Below are positions 31,632 to 43,299 of a DNA stretch of 64,000 nt, piece after piece. Numbering within the stretch: the first letter of the stretch is position 1; the number at the start of each line of letters is the position of its first letter. Below the pieces are notes generated by a model. That model was not told the origin of the DNA and ran no database searches. It saw nothing but the letters and a program-made list of their open reading frames with translations. Source of the stretch: an uncultured Nitrospinota bacterium (lineage in GTDB: Bacteria > Tectomicrobia > Entotheonellia > J063 > CAVPRW01); NCBI GenBank assembly GCA_963707985.1, contig CAVPRW010000024.1, positions 32,001-96,000 of the forward strand, given 5' to 3'. Both the position numbers and the translations under genes were made by a program.

Positions 31632-32359
31632 GGTACAACCTCCTTGGCCAGGGCACGCACCTTGAGGGTCAAACGTCCCTACTCGGCTTCGAGGGTTGTG
31701 CAAGTCGGGGCAATCCACTCAGCATCGCGGATCTAGGCTTACCCACGTGTTTCGATTCGAGGGCGGTCGAAGAATAAGACAACCTGAATGAGTACCTGCT
31801 GGCGCTTAAGCAGAAGAACAGCTTCCTCTCGAATAAACTCTGCGTATGGAGAACAGGATCATTGCTGGACGAGTGTTAACTCTTGCGACTCGGCTGATAT
31901 CCTGTCGGACAGTGGTTTTCCTGTATCAAGCCTGGCCATGACGTGGCGCATTGCGCAGTCATCCCCTAGGCTCTCCCAAGCATGAATTATGGCTCCCCAT
32001 AGTTGTATGTCTATTGCTTCCATATATCGGTTACTTGAGCAGAGGGAATTAACGGGTATCGACGCGCGAGTGCTTTCTTGTCGCTAGGCGTGTTCATAGC
32101 TGGCGGTATAATCTCCGCCGTTCCGCAGGGATCGTCGCAGAGGAGAGTTGAGAGAAGGGAGCTTGCATACACCGCCTGGAGACACTAGCAATCAACTATG
32201 TGTCACTGTACAGTAGTTTGGGCGTGATTACTAGTCGTTTCTTAGGTGAAGAGCCAATTGGCCTCATGGTGCGCTGACACGAGGCGACAACCTGATTTCG
32301 GTTTTCGGATGAGGGTTAGTTCATTACCACGAGGTTCTAACGCAAGAGGAGGAAGCGAA

Positions 32360-33514
32360 GTGGAACATCCATCCGAGCAGCCGATAATGCGCTGCACTCG
32401 TTGCAGCAAACCCTATGAAGTGGAGGAACGGTGTTGGAAGTGTAACTGTGGAGGCACCTTGGATCTACTGCTACCATGGTTGCGTTTCTCGCCGAACCTC
32501 GTACAGCATCGCCCCCCGAACTTCTGGCGCTACCGCGAGGCACTACCACCGCTTACCACCCAAGTCTCCCTTGGTGAGAGTATGACACCCTTGATCTCTA
32601 TCGATCATCGTGGCCGAGATATCTGGCTCAAATGTGATTATCTATTGCCAACCGGCTCTTATAAGGACCGTGGTGCGGCAATACTTATGAGTCAGCTACA
32701 GTCCATGGATGTCCGGCATGTGGTAGAGGACTCATCGGGAAATGCGGCGGCTTCGCTGGCAGCATATGCAGCTCGGGCCGGGATTGACATCGAGGTGTTT
32801 TGCCCTGCCTCTGCTTCTCCGGGGAAATTGGCGCAGATCAAACTTTATGGGGCGCAACTTCGTTTGATCGAGGGACCTCGACAGCGGACAACAGAGGCAC
32901 TCGAACAGCATGTCGCAGCGACCGGAGATTTCTATGCCTCCCACCTGTGGCATCCGTATTTTCTTGCAGGGGTCAAAACCATGGCCTATGAGATCACCGA
33001 GCAAAATGGTTGGCGGGCACCTGATGTGATCATCTGCCCGGTGGGAGCCGGGAGCATCCTACTGGGGCTGTATAAGGGGTTTACCGAGTTGCAACGAGCT
33101 GGTGTCATCGAGCGTCTGCCCCGTCTTTTCGCCGCACAGGCAGCGAACATTTGTCCAGTCTATCAGGCATACGAACGCCAAGACACCGATGTGCCTGCCA
33201 TGGCAGCCTCAGGCCCAACGCTGGCTGAGGGGATTGCCCTGCCGTGTCCGGTGCGCGGCGTTCAACTGCTACAGGCTTTGCGGGAGACCAAGGGCGGAGT
33301 CGCAGCGGTGTCAGAGAAAGAGATTCGAGAAGGTCTTGCCATACTCGGGCGCTGCGGTATCTGTGTCGAACCGACATCAGCTGTGGTAGTAAAGGCGCTG
33401 GAGCACCTTGAAGATGCTGGGATGATACATGCCGATGAGCAGGTGGTCTTGGTGCTCTCAGGCTTTGGGTTAAAGGCAGGGCTAATCCTGCAAGAATTGG
33501 CGAACGCAGGATGA
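32360..33514 (+). CDS. Threonine synthase-like PLP enzyme (paralogue 1)
   Basis: N-terminal Zn ribbon, PTGSYKDRG, DSSGNAA, VEPTSAV; GTG start with RBS AGGAGG. Confidence 0.85.
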   Translation: MEHPSEQPIMRCTRCSKPYEVEERCWKCNCGGTLDLLLPWLRFSPNLVQHRPPNFWRYREALPPLTTQVSLGESMTPLISIDHRGRDIWLKCDYLLPTGSYKDRGAAILMSQLQSMDVRHVVEDSSGNAAASLAAYAARAGIDIEVFCPASASPGKLAQIKLYGAQLRLIEGPRQRTTEALEQHVAATGDFYASHLWHPYFLAGVKTMAYEITEQNGWRAPDVIICPVGAGSILLGLYKGFTELQRAGVIERLPRLFAAQAANICPVYQAYERQDTDVPAMAASGPTLAEGIALPCPVRGVQLLQALRETKGGVAAVSEKEIREGLAILGRCGICVEPTSAVVVKALEHLEDAGMIHADEQVVLVLSGFGLKAGLILQELANAG

Positions 33515-33655
33515 ACTCGGGGGCAACGAATTAAAGTCGACCCGTTTAGGACAACACACCTGGTAGCTCCGCCACGAGTGAGGCACAGTTGTCGAGTCAG
33601 TGCCAGGGCGACGTGTCCGTCCGGCAGGTGGGGCAGTACAGGGTCATCTCGACGA

Positions 33656-33917
33656 AGCACCCAAATGGTGGAGCGGTCATCGAACGCTTCTGTGGGTATG
33701 ACCATGAGGCTATGCAGCGATCAGATTTGCCTATTATTTGATCAAAGAAACAGCGACCTGACCCCTACTGCTCACTTTGGCAGCAAATATCGATCAAGTG
33801 CGGAGCAAGATTGCGCCCCAAAAATCCCGTGTGACAAGGTGTTGGCTGCATTGTATCGAGGCTGGCACGTTTCTTGGGTAACAAAAAACCTTGCTCTGGC
33901 CAAGGCGCAAGAATTGC
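33656..33917 (+). promoter_or_regulatory. NtrC-like sites and sigma54-type promoter(s) upstream of urtA
   Basis: AGCACCCAAATGGTGGA (33656-33672), TGC-N11-GCA (33769-33785); TGGCACG-N4-TTGG (33863-33877) and AGGCGCA-N4-TTGC (33903-33917). Confidence 0.55.
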
Positions 33918-33962
33918 GCACATATCGATCGCTCCTACACACGTCACGGAGGCTGACCACGT

Positions 33963-35298
33963 ATGATACACGTACTAAGGTTGAGAAGCCTACTCGCAGG
34001 GAGTATTGCCGTCGTGCTGGGCATGTTATTAGGCTTTGTCAGCCAACCATTGGGCCATGCCTGGGCAGCTGAGCCCATTAAGGTCGGGATCTTGCACTCA
34101 TTGAGCGGCACCATGGCGATCAGCGAGACACCTATCAAAGAGGTCGTGCTGATGGCCATCGATGAAATTAACAAATCCGGTGGTGTCCTCGGCCGACCTG
34201 TAGAGGCTGTCATTGAAGACCCCGCTTCGAACTGGGATCTCTTCGCGGAAAAATCCAAGAAGTTGCTTCAGCAAGATAAGGTAGCAACGGTTTTTGGTTG
34301 CTGGACGTCGGTAAGCCGTAAATCGGTTCTTCCGGTGTTCGAGCAATATAATGGCCTCTTGTTCTACCCGGTCCAGTATGAGGGTGAGGAATGCTCCAAG
34401 AATGTCATCTACACCGGGGCCACGATTAACCAGCAGGCGACGCCGGCAGTGGATTATCTCATGAGCCCGGATGGCGGCGGCAAGAAACGCTTCTATCTGG
34501 TCGGCACCGACTATGTCTACCCTCGCACCACCAACAAGATTCTTCGCTCTATACTTAACCAAGGCCAAAGATGTCAAGGAAGCGGACATCATGGAGGAGT
34601 ACACACCCTTCCACCACCAGGATTATCAAACCATCGTGGGCAAGATCAAGAGCTTCTGCGCTGGCGGCGATGCGGCGGTCATCAACACCATCAATGGCGA
34701 CAGCAACGTGCCATTCTTCAAAGAACTGGCCAATCAGGGGGTTACGGCAGACAAGTGCCCGACGATTTCTTTCAGCTTCGCTGAGGTGGAGTTGCAAACC
34801 CTCGACGTCAAACCATTGGTTGGGCATCTGGCTTCGTGGAACTACTTCATGTCCATGAAGACGCCTCAGAACGTCAAGTGGGTCAAGGCCTATCAAGAGT
34901 GGTGTAAGAAGCAGGGAATCGCCGACAAACAGTGCGTTACCGATGATCCCATGATGCATGCATATATCCATGTCAAACTGTGGGCCAAAGCAGTGGAGCA
35001 GGCGGGCTCGACAGATGTCGAGCCCGTGCTCAAAGCCCTGGAGGGGCTGGAGATCGACAGCCCCGTAGGCAAATACAAGGTTGATGAGAAGAACCACCAT
35101 ACCTGGAAACCCGTCTATATCGGGAAAATTCGCGAGGATGGCCAATTTGATATCGTCTGGCGAACCAAGGAATGGGTGGCACCGGAGCCTTGGAGTGCGC
35201 TGACCTATCCTGGACGTGCCTGTGACTGGAGTGGAGACGGCAAGGGCACGTTTGACCTGGTAGAGGGGAAGCGCGCCTGGGTCTCTGAAAGTCGCTAG
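33963..35298 (+). pseudogene. urtA: Urea ABC transporter substrate-binding protein UrtA, frameshift near 34551 (possibly a sequencing error)
   Basis: [47 protein letters not shown]; continues in another frame as [20 protein letters not shown]...[16 protein letters not shown]. Confidence 0.88.
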
Positions 35299-35390
35299 AC
35301 ATCTTGCCCTGCTGGCTGCTAAGATGTATCTCCTTTTCACCCGGCGAGGAAGTCTCGGAGCGGAAGTGAGGAGAGGAGTTCAGAAGGCGG

Positions 35391-37027
35391 ATGTTTGGCC
35401 AAATCTACGGACGGGTGTGGACTCTGCTGGCGTTGATCATCCTCAGTGGGGGTGTCGGCGGAGCCCATGCCGCCTCTGTCGACGCCTATGCCACAGCAAT
35501 TGCCAGGGCCGATCAGCAACGTCAGGCGTTGGAGCAGATGCATGAGCTGGCTGATCCCACCTTCAAGGCTGTTCTTATGGCTCTGAAGGAAGGGGCATTA
35601 TACACCTGGCAGGGGCACCTCCTGATCCTGAACGACTCGGGTGCGTTTCAAGATCTCGCAGGGACAGCTCATGCTTGACGCCTCGGGCCAGCCATTCCTA
35701 CCGGATGATGCCGTCGCAGGTGCCCTTGGAAGAGGGCAACGCTTCCTCTGTTGCAGCGGGTGCTGGATGTGATTAGCCTGACCGACGCGGACCCCAAAGT
35801 GCGCAGAGCCGCGGCACTGAAATTTGGCAATGTGCGCGACCCAGCCGGTGTGGGGCTGATCGAGAAGCACTCATACCCTTGAAGGTGATCCGAGCGTCCG
35901 CCCGGTGACTGATCGAGGCCCTCAATAAACTGAAGCTCTTCCACCCAGACCCCCAGATACGCCGCCAGACGGTAGAGCATATTGCGGCGACCCGTGCCGA
36001 GTCAGCTCTTGCTCTGCTCAAAAGCCTCGTCGAGCAGGAACAGGATATCGCCGTGCACCAGGCCATGCAACAAACCATCACCTCGATCGAAGGCTATCTA
36101 CGCCTACGAAATCTCATCGGTTATATGTTCAATGGCATCAGCCTTGCCTCGATCCTGCTGATGATGAGCCTGGGGTTGGCAATTACCTTCGGCTTGATGG
36201 GGGTCATCAATATGGCTCATGGTGAGATGCTCATGCTGGGCTCATATACCGCCTATCTTGTCCAGGAATCTTTCGCCGTATACGCTCCTGCCTACCTCGA
36301 TTATTTTTTCTTTGCGGCGTTGCCGCTATCGCTCTTGGTGGTAGGGGTCGTGGGATTGTGTTTGGAACAAGGTCTGCTGCGCTTCCTCTACGGTCGTCCC
36401 TTGGAGAGCCTTCTGGTGACCTGGGGCATCGGCTTGATCCTCCAGCAGGGTGTCCGCCTCTCCCTGGGTGACCAGACCAGCGTCAACTCCCCCACCTGGT
36501 TTCGCGGCGGTTGGGAGGTATTACCTGGCCTCGTCTTGCCATACAGCCGCCTGTTTATTGTCATGCTATCTTTGTTCAGTGTCACCGGCGTGTACTGGTT
36601 GCTCTACCGCTCCACTGCCGGACTGAAGGTCAGAGCTGTGATGCAAAACCGAGATATTGCCTGCTGCATGGGTATTGCGGCCCGCCGTATCGACGCGCTT
36701 ACGTTTGCCATGGGAGCGGCGCTAGCGGGTCTGGCGGGTTGTGCTCTGAGTCTGATCGGTACGGTCGATCCTGAGGTCGGCAAAACCTATATCGTGGACT
36801 CGTTTATGGTGGTCGTTCTGGGCGGCGTCGGGAAGATCCTGGGAACGGTGTTGGCTTCTCTCGGTCTCGGCATGTCGAATAAGCTCCTGGAGCCTGCCAT
36901 CAGCGGAACAGCAGGCGCGGTATATGCGAAGGTGGGAATTTTGCTGCTCGTCATTGTCTTCTTACAGCTGCGGCCCACTGGTCTTTTCCCGCCCAGAGAG
37001 CGAGCCTCCGAAGCCATGACACGCTAA
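35391..37027 (+). pseudogene. urtB: Urea ABC permease UrtB; N-terminal HEAT-like region has several indels (35660-35910), C-terminal permease ORF 36053-37027 intact
   Basis: GLAITFGLMGVINMAHGEMLMLG, LYGRPLESLL, YIVDSFMVVVLGGVG; HEAT-like pieces upstream in shifting frames. Confidence 0.82.
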
Positions 37028-37029
37028 CG

Positions 37030-38184
37030 ATGAGGGGAAAGGAGTTGACAGCAGGAAGAGCGGGGAAACGTACGTGGCTGGCCGAAGCGATGTTGGTGAT
37101 TCTGCTGATTGTTGTCCTGCCGCTCATCAATGGGATGGGGTTCCTGTCCGACTATTACCTGAATCTGTGCGGGAAATACCTCGCACTGGCGATCTTGGCC
37201 CTGGGTATGGACTTGATCTGGGGCTATAGCGGCATTTTGAGTCTGGGACAGGCTGTATTCTTCGGTCTCGGCGCCTATGCCATGGGCATGTATTTGATGC
37301 TGGGGTCGAGCGGGCGGGGAGTGTACGGTGAACCCATCCCCGACTTTATGGTCTGGAACCGTGTTCTGGAGCTTCCGCTGTTTTGGAAGCCCTTTCAATA
37401 TTTCCCCTTCGCCGTGCTTACGGCCCTGTTGTTGCCTGCCCTCGTCGCCACTGTCATCGGATTGTTGACCTTTCGCCGCCGCGTCAGCGGGACGTATTTC
37501 GCCATCCTGACTCAGGCCATGGCCTATGCGGCATGGTTACTGTTCAATCGCAATGAGCTCAATCTGGGTGGGACGAACGGGCTCACCGATTTTAAACGTC
37601 TCCTGGGGTTTTCGTTGAGCGACCCTGGGACGTTGCGCGGACTCTATATGGTGACAGCCGTCGGTCTGGTCGGCAGCTTTATACTCTGTCGCTGGCTGGT
37701 GGGCTCAAAGATGGGGCTCGTGCTGACGGCAATTCGCGATCAGGAGCGGCGCCTGCAGTTTTTAGGCTATCCCGTCGCCCACTATAAGATTTTCATTTTT
37801 GCGCTGGCAGGGATGCTCTCAGGACTGGCTGGTGCCCTTTATGTCACGCAAGTGGGTATTATCACGCCAAGCCAGATCGGTGTGCTGCCCTCGCTGGAGA
37901 TCGTTGTCTGGGTGGCGACTGGTGGTCGGGGGACGCTCGTCGGGGCCATTCTCGGCGCCATTGGTATTAACGCCGCGCGTAGTCTGTTGACCGCCCATTA
38001 CCCAGAGTGGTGGCCGATCATCCTGGGAGGATTATTCGTCGGCGTCGTCATGTTGTTCCCCGACGGTCTGGCTGGCCTCCCCGGCCAGTTCCAACGCTGG
38101 GGGCGTCGGTTGCGATGGCGACGCCTCACGCCTGCGCCTATCCCACCATCCACGGTCAGCCCAGGTTTGACGAGTCAGCAGTAA
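37030..38184 (+). CDS. urtC: Urea ABC permease UrtC
   Basis: DLIWGYSGILSLG, PDFMVWN, GGTNGLTDF, WVATGGRGTL. Confidence 0.93.
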   Translation: MRGKELTAGRAGKRTWLAEAMLVILLIVVLPLINGMGFLSDYYLNLCGKYLALAILALGMDLIWGYSGILSLGQAVFFGLGAYAMGMYLMLGSSGRGVYGEPIPDFMVWNRVLELPLFWKPFQYFPFAVLTALLLPALVATVIGLLTFRRRVSGTYFAILTQAMAYAAWLLFNRNELNLGGTNGLTDFKRLLGFSLSDPGTLRGLYMVTAVGLVGSFILCRWLVGSKMGLVLTAIRDQERRLQFLGYPVAHYKIFIFALAGMLSGLAGALYVTQVGIITPSQIGVLPSLEIVVWVATGGRGTLVGAILGAIGINAARSLLTAHYPEWWPIILGGLFVGVVMLFPDGLAGLPGQFQRWGRRLRWRRLTPAPIPPSTVSPGLTSQQ

Positions 38185-38222
38185 CATGGATTTACAATCA
38201 CCCCGAGGAGTGGAGGCATCGC

Positions 38223-39002
38223 ATGACACAACATGGGTCCATCGTCTACCTGGAGGGTGTCTCGGTCACCTTCGATGGCTTCATGGCCCTGCGTGGGGTG
38301 AATCTGTACCTCGATCATGGAGAGCTCCGAGCCCTCATCGGCCCGAACGGCGCCGGCAAAACGACCTTACTCGATGTCATCTGCGGCCAGGTAAAGCCCG
38401 ACACCGGGCGCGTGATTTTCGGCGACGCGACCGATTTGAGCGGGCTCGAGTCGTATCAAATCGCGGCCCTGGGCATCGGCCGCAAATTTCAGACGCCCTC
38501 GGTGTTCAAACATCTCACCTTGCTTGAAAATCTGACACTGTCTCTCCCCCAACGCTGGTCTCTCTGGTCCACGTTGTTTGGCGCGCCGACAACGGCAGAA
38601 CTCGATAAGATGGCGTCAATTCTGGAGACCCTTGGCCTGCTTGAGAAGGCCCATCACAAGGCGGGATCGTTGTCCCATGGGGAGGTACAATGGCTGGAGA
38701 TCGGTATGGTGATGACACAAGATCCAGCCTTACTCCTGCTCGATGAACCGGTCGCGGGTATGACCGGGACAGAACGTGAGAAAACCGCCCAACTCCTGCA
38801 ACGCATGGCGCAAGACCACGCCGTTCTGGTCGTCGAGCATGATATGGAATTTGTGCGGCAGACCGCCCAGAAGGTCACGGTCTTGCACGAGGGGGCCGTT
38901 TTGTGCGAGGGCTCCGTCGACCGAGTGCAACACGATCCTCGAGTGATCGAGGTCTATTTGGGAAGGGGATATCACGCAGATGCTCACGGTGCAGGGGCTT
39001 AG
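38223..39002 (+). CDS. urtD: Urea ABC ATP-binding UrtD
   Basis: FDGF, GPNGAGKT, GIGRKFQTP, LSHGEVQWLEIGM, DEPVAGMT. Confidence 0.93.
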   Translation: MTQHGSIVYLEGVSVTFDGFMALRGVNLYLDHGELRALIGPNGAGKTTLLDVICGQVKPDTGRVIFGDATDLSGLESYQIAALGIGRKFQTPSVFKHLTLLENLTLSLPQRWSLWSTLFGAPTTAELDKMASILETLGLLEKAHHKAGSLSHGEVQWLEIGMVMTQDPALLLLDEPVAGMTGTEREKTAQLLQRMAQDHAVLVVEHDMEFVRQTAQKVTVLHEGAVLCEGSVDRVQHDPRVIEVYLGRGYHADAHGAGA

Positions 39003-39675
39003 TGTCGGCTATGGTGATAGTCAGATCCTCTGGGACGTTCACTTGCACATCCCCAAAGGCCGAGTTGTCTGCTTGATGGGACGAAATGGCGTGGGCAAAA
39101 CCACGCTCTTGAAAAGTCTGATGGGTCTGCTGCCCACACAGACGGGCGGCATCATGTTCGATGGGCAGGAGATCACCCGTATCCGCCCCGAACAGCGAGC
39201 GCGGCGCGGTATGGGCTACGTACCGCAAGGGCGAGAGATCTTCCCGCAATTAACCGTGCTGGAAAATCTCAGCCTTGGGTTATTGGCCCAAAAGGGCCGC
39301 CAGAGCAGGGTCCCGGACACTGTGTTTGAACTCTTTCCGGCGCTGTCGGGCCTACTCAATCGCAAAGGCGGGTTCCTCAGCGGCGGGCAGCAACAGCAAC
39401 TGGCGATCGCTCGGGCGTTGGTGACTGAGCCGAAGCTCTTGCTCCTGGACGAGCCGACTGAGGGGATTCAACCGTCGATCATTCAGGAGATCGAAGAGGT
39501 CATCGTGCGGATTAAGGCGCAAGGCCAGGTCACGATATTACTAGTCGAGCAATATCTGGAATTCGCTTGGCGACTGGCGGATGCGTATTATATGATGCAG
39601 AAGGGATCGATCGTCGCCCACGGCGACATCGCCGACCTCAGCGGGGACGTCGTGAAACAGTATCTGACTGTCTAA
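38980..39675 (+). CDS. urtE: Urea ABC ATP-binding UrtE
   Basis: GRNGVGKT, YVPQGREIF, DEPTEGIQPSI. Confidence 0.94.
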   Translation: MLTVQGLSVGYGDSQILWDVHLHIPKGRVVCLMGRNGVGKTTLLKSLMGLLPTQTGGIMFDGQEITRIRPEQRARRGMGYVPQGREIFPQLTVLENLSLGLLAQKGRQSRVPDTVFELFPALSGLLNRKGGFLSGGQQQQLAIARALVTEPKLLLLDEPTEGIQPSIIQEIEEVIVRIKAQGQVTILLVEQYLEFAWRLADAYYMMQKGSIVAHGDIADLSGDVVKQYLTV

Positions 39676-39717
39676 GGGGGCAGCCTTGCGGTTCCTGAGC
39701 GTCCTGGGGAAGTTATC

Positions 39718-40020
39718 ATGCACCTGACTCCGCGAGAGATCGAAAAGCTCCTGATCTTCACCGCAGCCGATGTGGCGCGCCGACGGCAGCAGCGCGGTCT
39801 CAAGCTCAACTACCCCGAGGCGATGGCTCTGATCACTGCAGAAATCCTTGAGGGAGTGCGCGACGGCCGATCGGTGGCCGATCTGATGCAGTATGGTGCC
39901 ACCATCTTAACACGCGACGATGTGATGGATGGGGTACCTGAGATGATTCGTGAGATGCAGGTGGAGGGCACGTTCCCCGATGGTACGAAGCTGATCACCG
40001 TACATGATCCAATTCGCTAA
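39718..40020 (+). CDS. ureA: Urease gamma subunit
   Basis: [30 protein letters not shown]. Confidence 0.97.
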   Translation: MHLTPREIEKLLIFTAADVARRRQQRGLKLNYPEAMALITAEILEGVRDGRSVADLMQYGATILTRDDVMDGVPEMIREMQVEGTFPDGTKLITVHDPIR

Positions 40021-40069
40021 CGTCTTGATCCCACTCCGCTGGAGGAGGGAGTGGAGGCAGGAGTCGCAT

Positions 40070-40468
40070 GTGGTCCCTGGAGAGATTTTCTACCATGACG
40101 AACCCATCACCGCAAACGTCGGTCGTCCAACGCTCACGCTACAGGTGACCAACCGGGGCGATCGCCCCATCCAGGTGGGCTCCCACTTTCATTTCTTTGA
40201 AGTGAACCCGGCACTAGATTTCGACCGACGGCAAGCCTATGGTATGCGGCTGGATATCCCCGCCGGTACGGCGGTGCGCTTCGAGCCAGGGATGCACAAG
40301 ACGGTGACGCTGGTAGCACTTGCCGGCCGTCGTCGGGTGTTCGGTCTCAATCAGTTAGTGGAAGGCAATCTGGACGATCCGCTGGTATTGCATGCAGCGC
40401 AGGCACGGCTTGCGCGCTTCCTCGATGACTCCTCGATAGCCCGCCATACCCCAGAGGGTTCAACATGA
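40070..40468 (+). CDS. ureB: Urease beta subunit
   Basis: [35 protein letters not shown] start after GGAGG. Confidence 0.95.
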   Translation: MVPGEIFYHDEPITANVGRPTLTLQVTNRGDRPIQVGSHFHFFEVNPALDFDRRQAYGMRLDIPAGTAVRFEPGMHKTVTLVALAGRRRVFGLNQLVEGNLDDPLVLHAAQARLARFLDDSSIARHTPEGST

Positions 40469-42183
40469 GCCTGCGCATACCGCGTCACATCTATGTCGAT
40501 CATTACGGCCCGACTGTTGGCGACCGGGTGCGTCTGGCCGACACCGAGCTGATTATCGAAGTGGAGCGTGATTGCACGGTCTATGGTGATGAAGTCAAAT
40601 TCGGTGGCGGTAAGGTGATCCGCGACGGCATGGGGCAGTCCCCCGAAGCTACCAGTGCCCAGGGTGTGCCTGATCTGGTGATCACGAACGCGCTCATCAT
40701 CGATTACTGGGGGATTGTCAAAGCCGATGTGGCTATTAAGGAAGGGAAGATCGTCGGCATCGGCAAAGCGGGCAATCGCAATCTGATGGACGGGGTCACG
40801 CCGGGTATGGAGATCGGCGCCAGTACCGAGATCCTGGCTGGCGAGGGGCACATTCTCACCGCTGGCGGTATCGATGCGCACATTCATTTCATCGCCCCGC
40901 AACAAATTCATGAAGCCCTGTATAGCGGCATCACTACTATGATCGGTGGTGGCACCGGGCCAGCGACCGGCACCAATGCCACCACGTGTACCCCTGGGCC
41001 TTGGAACATTGCGCGCATGTACGAAGCGGTTGAGGCCTTCCCGCTGAATTTCGGCTTTTTGGGGAAAGGTAACGCCGGGCGCCCCGAGCCGCTCGTAGAG
41101 CAGATTCGCGCTGGAGCTATGGGGCTCAAGCTTCACGAAGATTGGGGCACGACGCCGGCAGCCATCGACTGCTGCCTAGCCGTCGCAGATCAGTACGATG
41201 TCCAGGTGGCGATCCATACCGACACGCTGAACGAGTCCGGGTTCGTTGAGCGCACGGTAGCAGCATTCAAAGGACGCACCATTCATACCTATCACTCCGA
41301 GGGCGCCGGGGGTGGACATGCCCCCGACATCCTCAAGGTGTGCTCCTATCCCAATGTGCTCCCATCCTCCACGAATCCCACTATGCCCTTCACCGTCAAC
41401 ACCATGGATGAGCATCTGGATATGTTGATGGTGTGCCATCATTTGGATTCGGACATTCCCGAAGACGTGGCCTTCGCGGAATCGCGCATCCGGGCCGAGA
41501 CCATCGCCGCGGAGGATGTCCTACATGACCTGGGAGCCATCAGCATGATGTCGTCGGACTCCCAGGCCATGGGTCGGGTAGGTGAGGTAATTTGTCGCAC
41601 CTGGCAAACCGCGAGCAAAATGAAGGAACAACGCGGGCCGCTACCGCAGGACTCGACACGCCATGACAATAGCCGCGTCAAACGCTATTTGGCCAAGTAT
41701 ACGATCAATCCCGCCATCACCCATGGCATCAGCGCCTATGTTGGGTCTGTCGAGGTCGGAAAAGTTGCCGACTTGGTGCTGTGGAAGCCGCCATTCTTCG
41801 GAGTGAAGCCCGAGCTCATTATCAAAGGCGGGTTCATCGCCGCTGCCGCTATGGGCGATCCGAATGCCTCCATTCCGACCCCGCAACCGGTGTTCTATCG
41901 TCCGATGTTTGGAGGGTTTGGTCAGGTAATTAGCCGTATCTCCTGTCACTTCGTCTCAGCGCTGTCATTGACAGAAGGCCATGTAGGGCGGCATGGCTTA
42001 ACTAAACCGCTGCTCCCAGTACAGAGTTGCCGTCAATTGACCAAAACGGATATGCGTGGTAATAACTATCTGCCTCGGCTTCAGGTCAACCCTGAGACTT
42101 ATGAGGTATCCATCGACGGCGAACGGGTGAGCTGCGAGGCGGCGCAGCGCCTGCCATTGGCGCAGCGGTACTTTTTGTTTTAG
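40465..42183 (+). CDS. ureC: Urease alpha subunit
   Basis: [49 protein letters not shown]. Confidence 0.98.
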   Translation: MSLRIPRHIYVDHYGPTVGDRVRLADTELIIEVERDCTVYGDEVKFGGGKVIRDGMGQSPEATSAQGVPDLVITNALIIDYWGIVKADVAIKEGKIVGIGKAGNRNLMDGVTPGMEIGASTEILAGEGHILTAGGIDAHIHFIAPQQIHEALYSGITTMIGGGTGPATGTNATTCTPGPWNIARMYEAVEAFPLNFGFLGKGNAGRPEPLVEQIRAGAMGLKLHEDWGTTPAAIDCCLAVADQYDVQVAIHTDTLNESGFVERTVAAFKGRTIHTYHSEGAGGGHAPDILKVCSYPNVLPSSTNPTMPFTVNTMDEHLDMLMVCHHLDSDIPEDVAFAESRIRAETIAAEDVLHDLGAISMMSSDSQAMGRVGEVICRTWQTASKMKEQRGPLPQDSTRHDNSRVKRYLAKYTINPAITHGISAYVGSVEVGKVADLVLWKPPFFGVKPELIIKGGFIAAAAMGDPNASIPTPQPVFYRPMFGGFGQVISRISCHFVSALSLTEGHVGRHGLTKPLLPVQSCRQLTKTDMRGNNYLPRLQVNPETYEVSIDGERVSCEAAQRLPLAQRYFLF

Positions 42184-42345
42184 GTGCGTGCAATAGCGTC
42201 TGCCGTGCTGACCAGACCACTGCTGAGCAGACCTGTATCATCATTGACGGGCTGGCGCTGATATGGGAACGACGGCAGCAGGGTCACTCGAGCCCACACG
42301 AATGCCTTTCACACCGCTCGGTGTAACGTCAGGGCATCGGCATAT
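42184..42345 (+). pseudogene. ureE: Internally deleted ureE remnant
   Basis: At the usual ureE position; N-terminal-like IIDGLALIWERRQQGH joined out of frame to C-terminal-like RMPFTPLGVTSGHRH. Confidence 0.55.
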
Positions 42346-43050
42346 ATGGCGGAAATCTCCTCCCCTCCTCTGCAATTCTTGGCGCTGCTGCAGTTGTGCG
42401 ATACCGGATTGCCAACGGGGGCGTATGCGTTTTCAAGTGGACTCGAGACCTATACCCAGCAGGGGCTCATGCCTGCGGTTGCGACACTGCAAGCGTGGAT
42501 GGAAGCGGTCTTGCATCACACGATACACGGCAGCCACCTGCTGCCGGTAGCCCTTGCCTACCGAGCCACGACTGGTCGGGATTGGGCACAGCTTGAACGC
42601 CTCGATCAGCACCTGACGGCGATGAAGCACGCACGAGAGCTACGTGAGGCGAGCGTGAAGACAGGACGGGGGTTACTCCGGCTGGCGGTTCAAGTCTGGC
42701 CGGGGCCCGATGTTGAACGTCTGTACCGGCTTTCCCAGCAGCATAAGGTGGCAGGTCACATGGCCCTGGTGTTGGGAGTGATCGGGTGTCAACTGGGATA
42801 CGAAGAAAAGATCATCGTCGAGGGGGCCGGGTATCAGTGGCTCAGCAGTGTGATATCAGCCGCCTTACGCCTGCTACCCATCGGACAGTTGGCCGGGCAA
42901 CAATTGCTCACAACGCTCCTCCCACATCTCCCCGCCATCGCCGAAGACATTCGCCAACAGAGCTGGGATGACCTGTCCAGTGCAGCTCCGGAGTTCGACA
43001 TTCGCGCCATGCAGCACGAAACATTGTACAGTCGGCTGTTTCAAAGCTAA
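42346..43050 (+). CDS. ureF: Urease accessory protein UreF
   Basis: LQLCDTGLPTGAYAFSSGLE, ALRLLPIGQ, HETLYSRLFQS. Confidence 0.95.
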   Translation: MAEISSPPLQFLALLQLCDTGLPTGAYAFSSGLETYTQQGLMPAVATLQAWMEAVLHHTIHGSHLLPVALAYRATTGRDWAQLERLDQHLTAMKHARELREASVKTGRGLLRLAVQVWPGPDVERLYRLSQQHKVAGHMALVLGVIGCQLGYEEKIIVEGAGYQWLSSVISAALRLLPIGQLAGQQLLTTLLPHLPAIAEDIRQQSWDDLSSAAPEFDIRAMQHETLYSRLFQS

Positions 43051-43164
43051 CGTTTCCTTTCACTGGACGAGAGTGAGGGTACGGAATGGGACCACAGAGC
43101 CCGTGGATTTACCCCCTTTACCTATGGGAGAGGAAGAAGCCGAGGGCAAGCGGGGAGGCTCCAT

Positions 43165-43299
43165 ATGCCAAACACCTACGTCAAAATCGGTGTCGGCGGG
43201 CCGGTGCGCTCGTGGAAAACCGCCTTGCTCGATACCCTCTGCAAATGCCTGCGTGAGCGCTACGACATAGCTGTCATCACCAATGGTGACTGGATATGA
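43165..43299 (+). pseudogene. ureG: Truncated, degenerate copy of ureG
   Basis: [22 protein letters not shown]...AVITN then stop; near-identical DNA to the ureG at 44875, with a mutated P-loop. Confidence 0.85.

Noticed and set aside
34540..34560. Programmed frameshift in urtA
   Set aside because: No slippery heptamer or homopolymer at the junction.
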